Source of the DNA: an uncultured Thermoleophilia bacterium
GTDB lineage: Bacteria; Actinomycetota; Thermoleophilia; UBA2241
Reading direction: 5' to 3'
Assembly: GCA_963702475.1 (NCBI GenBank)
Contig: CAVPCT010000005.1
Location: 128,001-192,000, forward strand
Length of the DNA stretch: 64,000 bases
Shown here piece after piece: positions 46,547-56,187 of the stretch. The position numbers and the translations under genes are program-made. Under the pieces are notes generated by a model. The model was not told where the DNA came from and searched no databases. It was given only the letters and a program-made list of their open reading frames with translations. Numbering within the stretch: the first letter of the stretch is position 1; the number at the start of each line of letters is the position of its first letter.

Positions 46547-47196
46547 GAGGTCGCCGTGCCCGCGCCGTCCTCCGCCGCAGTGTCATCGCCGGCGATGATC
46601 TGCGCGACCGCCTGCCCCACGAAGTCGCGCAGTTCCTTTCTGGAGCCGATGTTGTGGTACACGAAGCGGCTGCGCGCAACCTTCTCCTCCTCCGGCATCT
46701 GCCGCGCGACGCGGCGCGAGAAGTCGCTGTCGGTGAGCTTGGCAACCACACGGCGGCGACGCGTGTCGGACGGCGCGGTGATCAGCATGACGTCGTCGAA
46801 CAGGACCTCCATGCCCGATTCGAAGAGCAGCGGCACCTCGACTGCCAACAGCGCCGGGCGGGGCCGCGCCTTGAGCTGCTCTGCGGCCCAGCCCTCGATG
46901 GACCGTCGCACCCGGGGGTACAGCAGGTCCTCCAGCCAGCGCAGCTCGGCCTCGTCGCGGAACACGATCGCTGCCAGGGCCCTACGGTCGATGCCCGAGC
47001 CGTCCTTCGTCGCTGGGCCGTACCGCACCACGACCGCTTCGACGATCTCGGGCTCGGCGTAGAGGCCGTGGACGATGTCGTCGCTGGACGCCACGGCGGC
47101 GCCCAGCTCGTGCAGGTAGGCGAGCGCCGTGGACTTGCCGGAGCCGATGCCCCCGGTCAGGCCGAGGCGTGGGATGCGATGTCGTGCTGCTGTCAT
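46543..47196 (-). CDS. coaE: Dephospho-CoA kinase
   Basis: GLTGGIGSGKST, IDRRALA, EVPLLFE. Confidence 0.92.
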   Translation of the reverse strand: MTAARHRIPRLGLTGGIGSGKSTALAYLHELGAAVASSDDIVHGLYAEPEIVEAVVVRYGPATKDGSGIDRRALAAIVFRDEAELRWLEDLLYPRVRRSIEGWAAEQLKARPRPALLAVEVPLLFESGMEVLFDDVMLITAPSDTRRRRVVAKLTDSDFSRRVARQMPEEEKVARSRFVYHNIGSRKELRDFVGQAVAQIIAGDDTAAEDGAGTATS

Positions 47197-47263
47197 GGCG
47201 CAGGGCTCGCCGGTGAGGACCGGGCGCGCGGGAGCGCACCCGGTCCTCACCGTGCGGCGAGGT

Positions 47264-48823
47264 TCAGGCCTCGGGCTGTTCCTCGGCGTCGGCCTCGTCG
47301 GCGCGGCCGCCGGCCGGGAACACGTCGTCGCTCAGGCCGAGCTCGGGCTCGTGTTCGGCCACGAACTCGGCGGCCTCGGCCTCGACTGCCTCGGCGGCCT
47401 CTTCGACGATCTCGGCGGCGGCGGCCACGGCCACAGCATCCTCGATGGCCTGGGCGAGCTCTTCGGGCGTCTCGGCGGCCTCGAGCTCGGCCTCGACGAC
47501 GGCCGCGGCCAGCTCGACCTCGGCCTCGGCCTCGGCCACGGCAACGATGTCCTCGGCGATGACCTCGGCCTCGGCCTCGACGATGGCCTCCTCGACGATG
47601 GCCTCCTCGACGATGGCCTCCTCGAGCTCTTCCTCGACCTCGTCGACCTCAGGCTCCGGCACGACCGGGCGCAGCGGCTTGACGTTGTCGCCGTCCACGC
47701 GCTTGATGCTGAGGCTCAGGCGGCGGCGCTCCGAATCGACCTCGATGATCTTGACGTTGACGATCTGGCCCACGCTGACGACCTCGTCCGGGCGCTCCAC
47801 GTGACGGTTGGCCAGCTCGCTGATGTGCACGAGACCCTCGATGCCCTCGTAGATCTCGACGAAGGCGCCGAAGGCGACGATCTTGGTGACGCGGCCCTCG
47901 ACCACGTCGCCGACCTTGTGCTGGGCGACGATCTTCTGCCACGGGTCTTCCTGGGTCTGCTTGAGACCGAGGGAGATGCGCTGGCGGTCGCGGTCGATGT
48001 CGAGCACCTTGACCTTGACCTTCTGGTTGACCTGCAGCACCTCGGACGGGTGGTTGATGTGCGTCCAGCTGAGCTCGCTGATGTGGATGAGGCCGTCGAT
48101 GCCGTCCAGGTCGACGAACGCGCCGAAGTCGACGATGTTGCTGATGGTGCCCTCGACGATGTCGCCCACGTTGAGCTGGTCGATGATCTGCTGGCGGACC
48201 TCCTTGCGCTCCTCCTCGAGGACGGCGCGGCGGCTGAGGACCACGTTGTTGCGGTTGCGGTTCATCTCGATGACGCGGCAGTTGAGCTCCTGGCTCACGT
48301 ACTCCTGGAGGTCCTGCACGCGGCGGATGTCGACCAGAGAGGCCGGCAGGAAGCCGCGCACGCCGAGGTCGAGGATGAGGCCGCCCTTGACCACCTCGAT
48401 GACGGTGCCGGTGACCGGCTCGCCGCTCTCGAAGGCGCCTTCGATGCGCTTCCACGCCTTCTCGAACTTGGCGCGCTTCTTGCTGAGGATGAGGCGCCCG
48501 TCGGCGTCTTCCTTGGTCATGACCAGCGCGTCGATCTCCTCGCCGAGCTGGACCTCCTCGGAGGTGTTGACGTTCTTGCGGATGCTGAGCTCGTTGACCG
48601 GGATGACGCCCTCGGACTTGTAGCCGATGTCGACCAGGACCTCGTCCTTGTCGATACGCACCACGTTGCCGGTGACGATGTCGCCCTCGCTGAAGACGGT
48701 CATGGTGAGGTCGTAGTTGGGGACGATCTCCCCGTCGACCTCCAGCAGGTAGCCTTCGCTGCCCTCCACGATCCTGGGGTCGTTTGCGGCCTCGATCTGG
48801 GATTCGGTGAGTTTGTCTGCCAT
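47264..48823 (-). CDS. rpsA: 30S ribosomal protein S1 with acidic C-terminal tail
   Basis: Four S1 domains (DIGYKSEG, RGFLPASL, GLIHISELSW, GLVHISELA); start MADKL at 48823. Confidence 0.95.
   Translation of the reverse strand: MADKLTESQIEAANDPRIVEGSEGYLLEVDGEIVPNYDLTMTVFSEGDIVTGNVVRIDKDEVLVDIGYKSEGVIPVNELSIRKNVNTSEEVQLGEEIDALVMTKEDADGRLILSKKRAKFEKAWKRIEGAFESGEPVTGTVIEVVKGGLILDLGVRGFLPASLVDIRRVQDLQEYVSQELNCRVIEMNRNRNNVVLSRRAVLEEERKEVRQQIIDQLNVGDIVEGTISNIVDFGAFVDLDGIDGLIHISELSWTHINHPSEVLQVNQKVKVKVLDIDRDRQRISLGLKQTQEDPWQKIVAQHKVGDVVEGRVTKIVAFGAFVEIYEGIEGLVHISELANRHVERPDEVVSVGQIVNVKIIEVDSERRRLSLSIKRVDGDNVKPLRPVVPEPEVDEVEEELEEAIVEEAIVEEAIVEAEAEVIAEDIVAVAEAEAEVELAAAVVEAELEAAETPEELAQAIEDAVAVAAAAEIVEEAAEAVEAEAAEFVAEHEPELGLSDDVFPAGGRADEADAEEQPEA
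47575..47625. repeat. 15-bp tandem repeat, about 3 copies, encoding EEAIV in the S1 tail
   Basis: cctcgacgatggcct occurs three times in tandem. Confidence 0.85.
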
Positions 48824-48988
48824 TGGGTGTCGTAGCCTCCCGGTCAAAGAGACGGTCCGTCGTTGACAGAGGAAACGGCCTGCGGACCGCGGCAGGCCGT
48901 AACTGATGAAGTATAGCAGGGCGCAGTTGTCCGAATCCAGAGGCAGCCGGTGACCGGGCGGGCCGGCGGCAGCGGCGCCCGCCACCCG

Positions 48989-51610
48989 TCAGCCCTTGGC
49001 CGCCAGCCAGTCGGGACCGGCGCCGACGTCCACCTCGAGCGGTGGGTCCATCTTGTAGGCGCCACACATCACCTCGCGCAGCAGGGCGCCGCCCGCGTCC
49101 ACCTCACCGTCCGGGCACTCGAGGATGAGCTCGTCGTGCACCTGCAGCACGAGCCGCGAGGCCATGCCGCGCCTGCCGAGCTCGCGGTGCAGCCGCACCA
49201 TCGCCACCTTGATGATGTCGGCGGCCGTGCCCTGCAGCACCGTGTTCACGGCCAGGCGCTCGCCCAGCGAGCGCTCGTTGTAGTTGCGTGAGTGCAGCTC
49301 CGGCACTGCCCGGCGACGCCCGAACAGCGTAGTGACGTACCCGTCCTGGGCGGCCTGGGCCACGACACGCTCGCGAAACTCCCTGACCTTGGGGTACTTC
49401 GCGAAGTACGCGTCGATGAAGGCCCTGGCCTCCTCGACCGGGATGTCCACCTGCTCGGAGAGGCCGAACGCCGACAGGCCGTACATGATGCCGAAGTTGG
49501 TCGCCTTGGCGCGGTCGCGCTGGACCTTGGTGACCTCCCCCGGGGCGATGCCGGCCACGGCGGCCGCGGTGACCCGGTGCACGTCTTCCCCGCGCCGGTA
49601 CGCGTCGAGCAGCGCGGGCTCCTGGCTGAGCAGTGCCATGAGGCGCAGCTCGATCTGCGAGTAGTCGGCCACCACGAGCTTGCAGCCATCCTCGGCGACG
49701 AAGCACTCGCGGATCTGCGCCCCCAGCTCGGTGCGCACCGGGATGTTCTGCAGGTTCGGGTTGTTGCTCGACAGGCGGCCGGTGGCGGCGACCAGCTGGT
49801 TGAAGGTCGTGTGGATGCGACCGGTGCGAGGGTCGATGCAGGCCGGCAGCGTCTCGAGGTACGTACTGAGCAGCTTGGAGAGCTCGCGCCACTCCTCGAC
49901 GAGGATGATGACGGGGTGCTCGGCGCGGAGGCCGCGCAGCACGCGGGCGTCGGTGGAGTACCCTGTCTTGCCTTTCTTGCCGGGCTGCAGGCCGAGGCGG
50001 TTGAAGAGCACGTCGCCGAGCTGTTGCGGGGAGCCGATGGTGAACTCGCCGCCGGCGAGCCTCCAGATCTCGTCGCGCACCTCGTCGACGCGGTCGCGCA
50101 CCCGGGCCGTGATCTCACCGAGGCGGTACGGGTCGACCTTGACGCCGGCCGCCTCCATCTGCGCGAGGACGTGGACGAGCGGCAGCTCGACCTCGCGGAA
50201 GAGCCGCTCGAGGCCGAGCTCGAGCAGCCGCCGGCGCTGCTCCCCGGCGACCTTCCAGGTGAGCAGCACGCGCGCCGCGGCGGCGGCCTCGGCCTGTGGC
50301 GCCTCGACCAGCCGGGCGCCCTCCTCGGCGCCGGCCAGCGCGAACAGGCCGCGCTCCTTCTCGGGCCGCTCGGGCGCCAGCAGATAGGCGGCCACGGCGG
50401 TGTCGAACGCCGGGCCGCTCGGCGCCGCGGCGTAGCCGGGCTGTGCCTTGGCGTCGTGCACCACGGCGTGGGCGGCCAGCAGCCACAGGGCCGGCAGGCG
50501 ATCGGTCGGCGCCGCGGCCAGCTGCACGACGCGGCCGCGGTACACGGCGACGACCCAGCCGTCGCCCTCGGCGGCGCGCTCCAGGGCGACGGCTGTCTCG
50601 TCCTGCTCCAGGGCGGCGGCCAGGGGGCCGACGTCGGGCTCGTGCACGAGCTTCACGTCGGTCGCGGCCGCCGCCCCGGTGCCCTCCGCCCGTCCCTCGC
50701 CCACCGGCGCGGCGGCGCCCATGTCCTGCAGCCGCCGCCGCAGGCTGGTGAACTCGTACTTCCGGAAGACCTCGTCCACGGCGTCGGCCGGCAGGCGGTA
50801 CCCGCCGCTCTTCACCAGCTCCACGAGGTCCTCCTCGAGCGGGACGTCGAGCACCATGGTCGCCAACATCTTGGAGAACCGGGCGTCGGCCTCGTGCTCG
50901 GCCAGGAGCGCCCGGCGCTTGTCGCTCTTGACCTCATCGAGGCGTTCGTACAGCGCCTCGATGCTGCCGAACTGCTGCAGCAGCTGGGCGGCCGTCTTCT
51001 CGCCGACGCCCGGTACGCCGGGGATGTTGTCGCTGCTGTCGCCCTTGAGGCCGATGTAGTCGGGGATGCCGGCCGGCACGATACCGAAGCGCTCCACTAC
51101 GTCCGCCGGTGTGTAGATCTTGACGTCGGTGACGCCGCGACCGGTGCTCATCACCCAGATGTCGTCGTCCACCACCTGCAGGGCGTCACGGTCGCCGGTG
51201 ACGACGATGGACCTCACGCCCTGTCGCTTGGCCTCCTCCGCCAGCGTGCCCAGGATGTCGTCCGCCTCATAGCCCTGCTTGACCAGGTTGACGACGCCGA
51301 AGGCCTCCATCAGTCCGGGAAAACGCTCCCACTGCACGGAGAGGGAGTCGGGCATGGGCGGACGCTGCGCCTTGTACTCCTCGTAGGCCTCGTGCCTGAA
51401 CGTCTTGCCGCGCGCGTCCCAGGCGCACACCATGCCGGACGGCCGGTACTCGGCGACGATCTTGAGCAGCATCTGGCTGAGCCCATACAGGGCGTTGGTG
51501 GGGAGCCCCTCGCGGGTGCTGATGCTCTCCGGAAGCGCGAAGAACGCGCGAAAAGCGAGGCTGCTGCCGTCGAGCAGGAAGAGGCGGTCGTACAGCGCGG
51601 CGTCGGCCAC
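48989..51610 (-). CDS. polA: DNA polymerase I
   Basis: 5'-exonuclease (YEADD, GDSSDNIPG), motif A DYSQIELR, motif B KATNFG, motif C QVHDEL. Confidence 0.97.
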   Translation of the reverse strand: MADAALYDRLFLLDGSSLAFRAFFALPESISTREGLPTNALYGLSQMLLKIVAEYRPSGMVCAWDARGKTFRHEAYEEYKAQRPPMPDSLSVQWERFPGLMEAFGVVNLVKQGYEADDILGTLAEEAKRQGVRSIVVTGDRDALQVVDDDIWVMSTGRGVTDVKIYTPADVVERFGIVPAGIPDYIGLKGDSSDNIPGVPGVGEKTAAQLLQQFGSIEALYERLDEVKSDKRRALLAEHEADARFSKMLATMVLDVPLEEDLVELVKSGGYRLPADAVDEVFRKYEFTSLRRRLQDMGAAAPVGEGRAEGTGAAAATDVKLVHEPDVGPLAAALEQDETAVALERAAEGDGWVVAVYRGRVVQLAAAPTDRLPALWLLAAHAVVHDAKAQPGYAAAPSGPAFDTAVAAYLLAPERPEKERGLFALAGAEEGARLVEAPQAEAAAAARVLLTWKVAGEQRRRLLELGLERLFREVELPLVHVLAQMEAAGVKVDPYRLGEITARVRDRVDEVRDEIWRLAGGEFTIGSPQQLGDVLFNRLGLQPGKKGKTGYSTDARVLRGLRAEHPVIILVEEWRELSKLLSTYLETLPACIDPRTGRIHTTFNQLVAATGRLSSNNPNLQNIPVRTELGAQIRECFVAEDGCKLVVADYSQIELRLMALLSQEPALLDAYRRGEDVHRVTAAAVAGIAPGEVTKVQRDRAKATNFGIMYGLSAFGLSEQVDIPVEEARAFIDAYFAKYPKVREFRERVVAQAAQDGYVTTLFGRRRAVPELHSRNYNERSLGERLAVNTVLQGTAADIIKVAMVRLHRELGRRGMASRLVLQVHDELILECPDGEVDAGGALLREVMCGAYKMDPPLEVDVGAGPDWLAAKG

Positions 51611-51636
51611 GGCGGATGCTCCCCGCCGCGGCGGGC

Positions 51637-51888
51637 TCAGGACTCCGTAGGCGGCGGTGACTCGTTGAGCACGAGCCAGTACAGCCCGAGGCTGTCCACC
51701 GCCTGCATGGACTGCGTGAAGTCGACCGGCTTGCGGATGCTGCTGTCGGCGCCGCGGTCGTAGCTCGTGGCCAGGCCGTCACAGGCCGCCTCGACACGGT
51801 TGGGAACGCGGTGCTGCTTGAGAGCGCGCAGCGTGAGTTGCACGTCGTCGTTGTCCTCGATGAGCAGGACGAACCGCTCGTCACCCAC
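51637..51888 (-). pseudogene. Internally deleted single-domain response regulator (Rcp1-like)
   Basis: VLLIEDN...ACDGL is joined to SYDRGADSSIRKPVDF...GLYWL; the segment with the phosphoacceptor Asp is absent. Confidence 0.65.
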
Positions 51889-51902
51889 GTGGTCACCTCG
51901 CG

Positions 51903-52339
51903 TCACGGCAACGTGAAGGAGAAGGTCGCCCCGGAGTCTACCGCAGCCCGGGCCCACATTCTCCCCCCGTGTCGGTGGACGATGCGTTCCGCCGTGGCCA
52001 GGCCGATGCCCGTCCCCGCGAACTCGTCGGGCGAGCGCAGCCGCTGGAAGGGTGCGAACAGTTCGAAGAGCCGGAGCTCCTCCAGCGCGAACGCGTCCCT
52101 CTCGCGAGAGAAGACGACCACCGCGGCGTGCGGCTCGCCGCGTTCACGTGGCTCAGCCGTCCGTCCGGCGGCGCCACCAGGGACATGCCCAGCGGTGCGT
52201 TCTCGAAGACGACACGCAAGTGCTTCTGACTGGCCCGCGGGTCGCGTTCCACCACGTGGCGCAGCCTCACCTGGCGGGATTCGCGCCAGCTCCAGAACAG
52301 GATGACCAGCATGCCGCCGACGAGGGGCACGCCCACCAC
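51903..52339 (-). pseudogene. Sensor histidine kinase remnant
   Basis: TM and PAS start ([12 protein letters not shown]) in one frame; HATPase end ([35 protein letters not shown]) in another; no HisKA. Confidence 0.7.
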
Positions 52340-52378
52340 CCGCCGTGGCCCGCTGAGGCCTACGTGCTCGCCACCGTC

Positions 52379-53158
52379 CTACCGTCGGCGTTTCACGAGC
52401 AGGACATGTGTCCCCTGAGGGCCGCAGGTGAACTGGACCCCGTCGCAGAGGGTCCGCATGAAGTGGATGCCGCGGCCGCCCGTGTCCGCCGCACCGGGGA
52501 CACCGATGGGTGTGGCGCACATGCCGCCGCCGGCGTCGGCGACCTCCACGGCGACCTCTTCGTCGTAGCAGTAGAAACGCACGCGTATCTCGTCCCCGGC
52601 GCCACGCGGCGAGCCGTGGACCAGCGCGTTGGACAGCGCCTCGGCGACCGCGACGCTGAACTCGAACAGATCGTCCTCCCCGAGCCCTCCCACCTCGGCG
52701 AAGGCGGCCACGCGGCGCCGCGCCACCGGCAGGCCGCGCGGCGTGGCGGCGAAGCGGAACTCGTGCTCCCAGTGGGGCTCCTGCGGAAGAGTGACCGCCG
52801 CCGGAGCGCCGGAGCGCAGCGGAGGCGGGAGCGGCGGCCGCACGAGGCCGGCCTTCGCCAGAGTGGCTCGCGCGCGCCCGTCCTCGACGGCCAGGACGAC
52901 GGCGCCGCCCTCGCGGTGGAACGTCTCAGCGGCGTCGGCGAGGGCGTGCACCTCGTCGGAGTCGAAGCGCGCACGCGGGTCCACGTCGAGCACGACCTGC
53001 GTGACGCCGGCCTCACGACAGCGGGCCAGGCCGTCTCGCAGGTCGGGGCCGAGGCCGTCGGCGTGGGCGGCACAGCGGAGCACGCAGACGTCTCCACGGA
53101 ACTCGGCGGTCACCGAGCAGGGCTCTCCCACCCCACGACGTCCATCTTCGGCCAACAC
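52379..53158 (-). CDS. STAS domain fused to an RsbW/SpoIIAB-type anti-sigma kinase domain
   Basis: VVLDVD..FDS..L (STAS-like), then [29 protein letters not shown]; exact start uncertain. Confidence 0.75.
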   Translation of the reverse strand: MLAEDGRRGVGEPCSVTAEFRGDVCVLRCAAHADGLGPDLRDGLARCREAGVTQVVLDVDPRARFDSDEVHALADAAETFHREGGAVVLAVEDGRARATLAKAGLVRPPLPPPLRSGAPAAVTLPQEPHWEHEFRFAATPRGLPVARRRVAAFAEVGGLGEDDLFEFSVAVAEALSNALVHGSPRGAGDEIRVRFYCYDEEVAVEVADAGGGMCATPIGVPGAADTGGRGIHFMRTLCDGVQFTCGPQGTHVLLVKRRR

Positions 53159-53233
53159 GTTCTCCCGATTCGCACGAGTGCCGGGCCGGCGAGAGGCGAC
53201 CGTGCGTCGTCCGACCCTCGAACCACAGCGCAG

Positions 53234-53259
53234 ATACCCGGGCGCCCCGGTTCACAACC
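53234..53259 (-). promoter_or_regulatory. Putative SigB/SigF-type promoter
   Basis: GGTTG-15 nt-GGGTAT upstream of the STAS-kinase gene. Confidence 0.45.
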
Positions 53260-53288
53260 TCGAACGGGAACGACTCACCTGCGCAGAC

Positions 53289-53324
53289 GGCGGGCGGCGA
53301 GGCCGTCCTGCCTCGCCGCCCGCC
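53289..53324. other. 15-bp GC hairpin in a divergent intergenic region
   Basis: ggcgggcggcgaggc pairs with gcctcgccgcccgcc. Confidence 0.6.
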
Positions 53325-53430
53325 CCGCGTCGTCACCAGGAGGTCCGGAATGGACGACGCCCGCCGCTGTAGACTGCCGACGGACCGGCCGGGCACTGGC
53401 CGGCTGCTCTGAGTGACGTGAGGAGGCGCC

Positions 53431-53862
53431 ATGGGTTCGAAAGAGTACGCGCGCGGGCGCCGTGTCGTGGCGAGACTGCCGCACGGCGGCGATCTGCTGC
53501 AGGAGATCGCCGCCGTGGCGGACGCCCACGCCATGGCCATGGCGGAGGTGCGAGCGATCGGCGCCCTCAGCGAGGCGCGCCTGGCCTACTACGATCAGCA
53601 AGCCAGACGGTACGGAGAGTTCGCCGTCGACGGCGCCGTGGAGCTGCTGGCGCTCCTGGGGAACGTGTCGCGACGCGACGGCGCGACGGCCGTCCACGTG
53701 CACGCCACCCTCGCCGGCCACGACGGCGCCTGCGTGGGTGGACACGTGGCGCCCGGCTGCCGCGTGTTCGCCTGCGAACTGATGCTTCAGGAGCTGGACG
53801 GCGACCCGCTGGAACGCGAGTACGACGAGGTCACGGGCCTGCCGCTGTGGCGCGGCCTCTGA
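53431..53862 (+). CDS. PPC/DUF296 domain protein
   Basis: RLPHGGDL, AIGAL, ELLALLGNV, HVHATL, GGHV. Confidence 0.88.
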   Translation: MGSKEYARGRRVVARLPHGGDLLQEIAAVADAHAMAMAEVRAIGALSEARLAYYDQQARRYGEFAVDGAVELLALLGNVSRRDGATAVHVHATLAGHDGACVGGHVAPGCRVFACELMLQELDGDPLEREYDEVTGLPLWRGL

Positions 53863-54643
53863 GCGCCGCCCGCCTGCGGCGGCGGCGCCTCCAGAGCCAC
53901 ACGACCAGGCCCGCCACGGCAGCCGCCAGAGCGACCAGGACGGCGGCGGCCAGCGGGTGGAACGCCCCCTGGCCGTACAGGCCCGTCTTGATGCGGACGA
54001 CGGCGACGACGGCCCGCACCCAGTCGGCCGGCGTGAAGCTCTCGGCCTCGGCGATGCCCAGAGCGTACTCGCCCACGCCGCCGGCCGGGTCGTAGACCAC
54101 CACGTAGTAGTCGCGACCCGGCTCGAGCTCTGCCGAGGTCTCACCTCCGCGGTAGTACGTAGTGAAGCTGAACGGCTCATAGAACGTGGGCCGCGGCTCG
54201 GCGCCCGGGTCGGGCACGACCCGGACACCGAGCCCCGCGGTCGTCCCGTACGCTGCGCGGAGCCGGTCGCCCACGAAGCCGGGCGGCGAGCCCGCCGGAG
54301 GGACGCCGGGACCGACGAGCGCGAACGCGGGCCGGAACCCCGCACCGGCGGCGGATCTGGGCACCAGCAGGTCCACCGGCGTGCGGGCCGCCTTCGACAC
54401 GGTGAGCCGGTACGCGTCGAAGCGCTCGCCCCCGACGAGCGTACCGTAGACGGCGCGCGAGATCGCGGCGTCGGGCACCGGCACGGCGCCGGGGAACGGG
54501 TCGCCGGCCACGGCCGGCGCGTCAGAGGAGCGAGCCGGCTCGAGGAACGGCACGTGAGCGGCGGACACCGGCGCCACGACCCCGGCGACGCACGCGGTGA
54601 ATGCGGCCGCCGAGACGGCCACGACGATCCTCAGTGGGCTCAT
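53831..54643 (-). CDS. Hypothetical exported protein with C-terminal TM anchor
   Basis: Signal peptide, AHVP mature start, FYEPFS, C-terminal TM plus poly-Arg. Confidence 0.65.
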   Translation of the reverse strand: MSPLRIVVAVSAAAFTACVAGVVAPVSAAHVPFLEPARSSDAPAVAGDPFPGAVPVPDAAISRAVYGTLVGGERFDAYRLTVSKAARTPVDLLVPRSAAGAGFRPAFALVGPGVPPAGSPPGFVGDRLRAAYGTTAGLGVRVVPDPGAEPRPTFYEPFSFTTYYRGGETSAELEPGRDYYVVVYDPAGGVGEYALGIAEAESFTPADWVRAVVAVVRIKTGLYGQGAFHPLAAAVLVALAAAVAGLVVWLWRRRRRRRAALRGRATAAGP

Positions 54644-54716
54644 GGCGCACTCATACCGCACTGCGACCACAACCAATCGGCGGGCGCAGGCGTGAGCGGA
54701 CTTGAAGGAGAGTGGA

Positions 54717-54805
54717 TGGTGTCGGAAGGGGGACTTGAACCCCCATGAGGTTATACCCTCACTAGGCCCTCAACCTAGCGCGTCTACCAATTCCGCCATT
54801 CCGAC
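54717..54805 (-). tRNA. tRNA-Leu (anticodon GAG), CCA encoded
   Basis: GTCGGAA/TTCCGAC acceptor stem, CTAGG-TTGAGGG-CCTAG anticodon arm, long variable arm, GTTCAAGTCC T-arm. Confidence 0.97.
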
Positions 54806-54819
54806 ACTGAGGGAAGCAG

Positions 54820-54848
54820 AGTATAGGAGACTCGTGGCGCAACTTCAA
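54820..54848 (-). promoter_or_regulatory. Primary-sigma promoter for tRNA-Leu
   Basis: TTGAAG-17 nt-TATACT. Confidence 0.7.
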
Positions 54849-55139
54849 CGCAGCGCCTGATGCCCCGCCCTGCGTCGCGCCTGACGGGTCCGGTCAAGAC
54901 GATGGGCGGACCCTCTGACGAGTTCCGCCCACCGGCGGCGCCCCCTTCAACGCCTCTTCACCACTCGAGGCTGCGGTCTTCAGAGACCATGGCGCCGACT
55001 CACGCTTCTGCGGCAAGTATATGACTGGGCGCGCGGCGGGACAATGCCCAGTGGCGTTGTGGGGGGTGGACGATGTCTCCCCCTGCGGGGGACACTCGGT
55101 ACGCGTGCCGGCGCACGCGCGGCGACGGAGGTGAGGCAC

Positions 55140-56075
55140 GTGAGCGCGAGGATCCTGGTGGGCAGCTGTTCGTGGACCGACCCGAGCCTCATCTCCTGCG
55201 GCCGCTTCTACCCGAAGGGCGTGGGCAGCGCCGAGGCACGGCTGCGCTACTACGCCACGCAGTTCCCCCTCGTCGAAGTCGACGCGACCTACTACGCGCC
55301 ACCCTCCGAGCGGAACAGCCGGTTGTGGGTGGAGCGGACGCCCGGGGGCTTCGTCTTCGACGTCAAGGCGTTCGCCCTGCTCACCACGCACCACGCGACC
55401 ACGGAGAGGCTGCCGCCAGAGCTGCGCGGCGCGCTCCCGCCGGAGCTCGCCGCCAAGCGAAGGCTGGCGCCGGGCGACCTGGACCAGGGCTTCCTTGAGC
55501 TGGTCTGGGACCTGCACCGGCGGGCGCTGGCGCCCCTGGCGGAGGCAGGCAAGCTCGGCGCCGTGCTCTTCCAGTTCCCGCCGTGGTTCGCGGTGAACGA
55601 CGCGAACCGCGACTACCTCCGCGACATCCCGGGGCGGTTGCCGGGCCTGAGTGCGGCGGTCGAGTTCCGCGGCGGCGGCTGGATGGAGCCCGGGGCCGCC
55701 GCCGGCACGCTCAAGCTTCTGGAGAAGGCGGGGCTCGCGTACGTGTGCGTCGACGAGCCCCAGGTCGAGCGCACGAGCACGCCCCCGGTGGTCGCGGCCA
55801 CGGCGCCGCTCGCCTACGTGCGCTTCCACGGACGTAACGCGGAGACCTGGGGCATCACGCGCGGCGCGGCCTCCGACCGCTTCAAATACCTCTACGGCGA
55901 CGAGGAGCTCGAGGAGTGGGCACCACAGGTCACCGAGCTCGCGCGCCAGGCGACCACGGTCCATGTCCTCTTCAACAACAACTACGAGGACTGGGGCATG
56001 CGCAACGCGCGCCGCATGGCGCGACTGCTCGGTGCGGAGACCGGGCCCGCACAGGGCGAGCTGCACCTGGGCTGA
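55140..56075 (+). CDS. DUF72 (YecE) family protein
   Basis: VGSCSW, VEVDATYY, LFQFPPWF, VEFR, VRFHGRN, LFNN. Confidence 0.88.
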   Translation: MSARILVGSCSWTDPSLISCGRFYPKGVGSAEARLRYYATQFPLVEVDATYYAPPSERNSRLWVERTPGGFVFDVKAFALLTTHHATTERLPPELRGALPPELAAKRRLAPGDLDQGFLELVWDLHRRALAPLAEAGKLGAVLFQFPPWFAVNDANRDYLRDIPGRLPGLSAAVEFRGGGWMEPGAAAGTLKLLEKAGLAYVCVDEPQVERTSTPPVVAATAPLAYVRFHGRNAETWGITRGAASDRFKYLYGDEELEEWAPQVTELARQATTVHVLFNNNYEDWGMRNARRMARLLGAETGPAQGELHLG

Positions 56076-56187
56076 GCGACCGGCGAGGCGCACGCTCCTC
56101 CGCCGAACTGGGGAGCCGGGGGCCTGAACCCCGCCTGAGAATCGGCTATCATGTCCAGCGCAGGTTCTTCTCTTCCCACGGGGGACG

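Noticed and set aside
47575-47625. CRISPR-like repeat
   Set aside because: Spacer-less in-frame coding tandem repeat; no cas genes
51637-54805. Genomic island integrated at tRNA-Leu
   Set aside because: No integrase and no duplicated tRNA 3' end (att) seen; composition is like the flanks
54855-54960. Hammerhead-like CTGACGAG within hairpins upstream of tRNA-Leu
   Set aside because: No correctly placed GAAA core or three-stem junction
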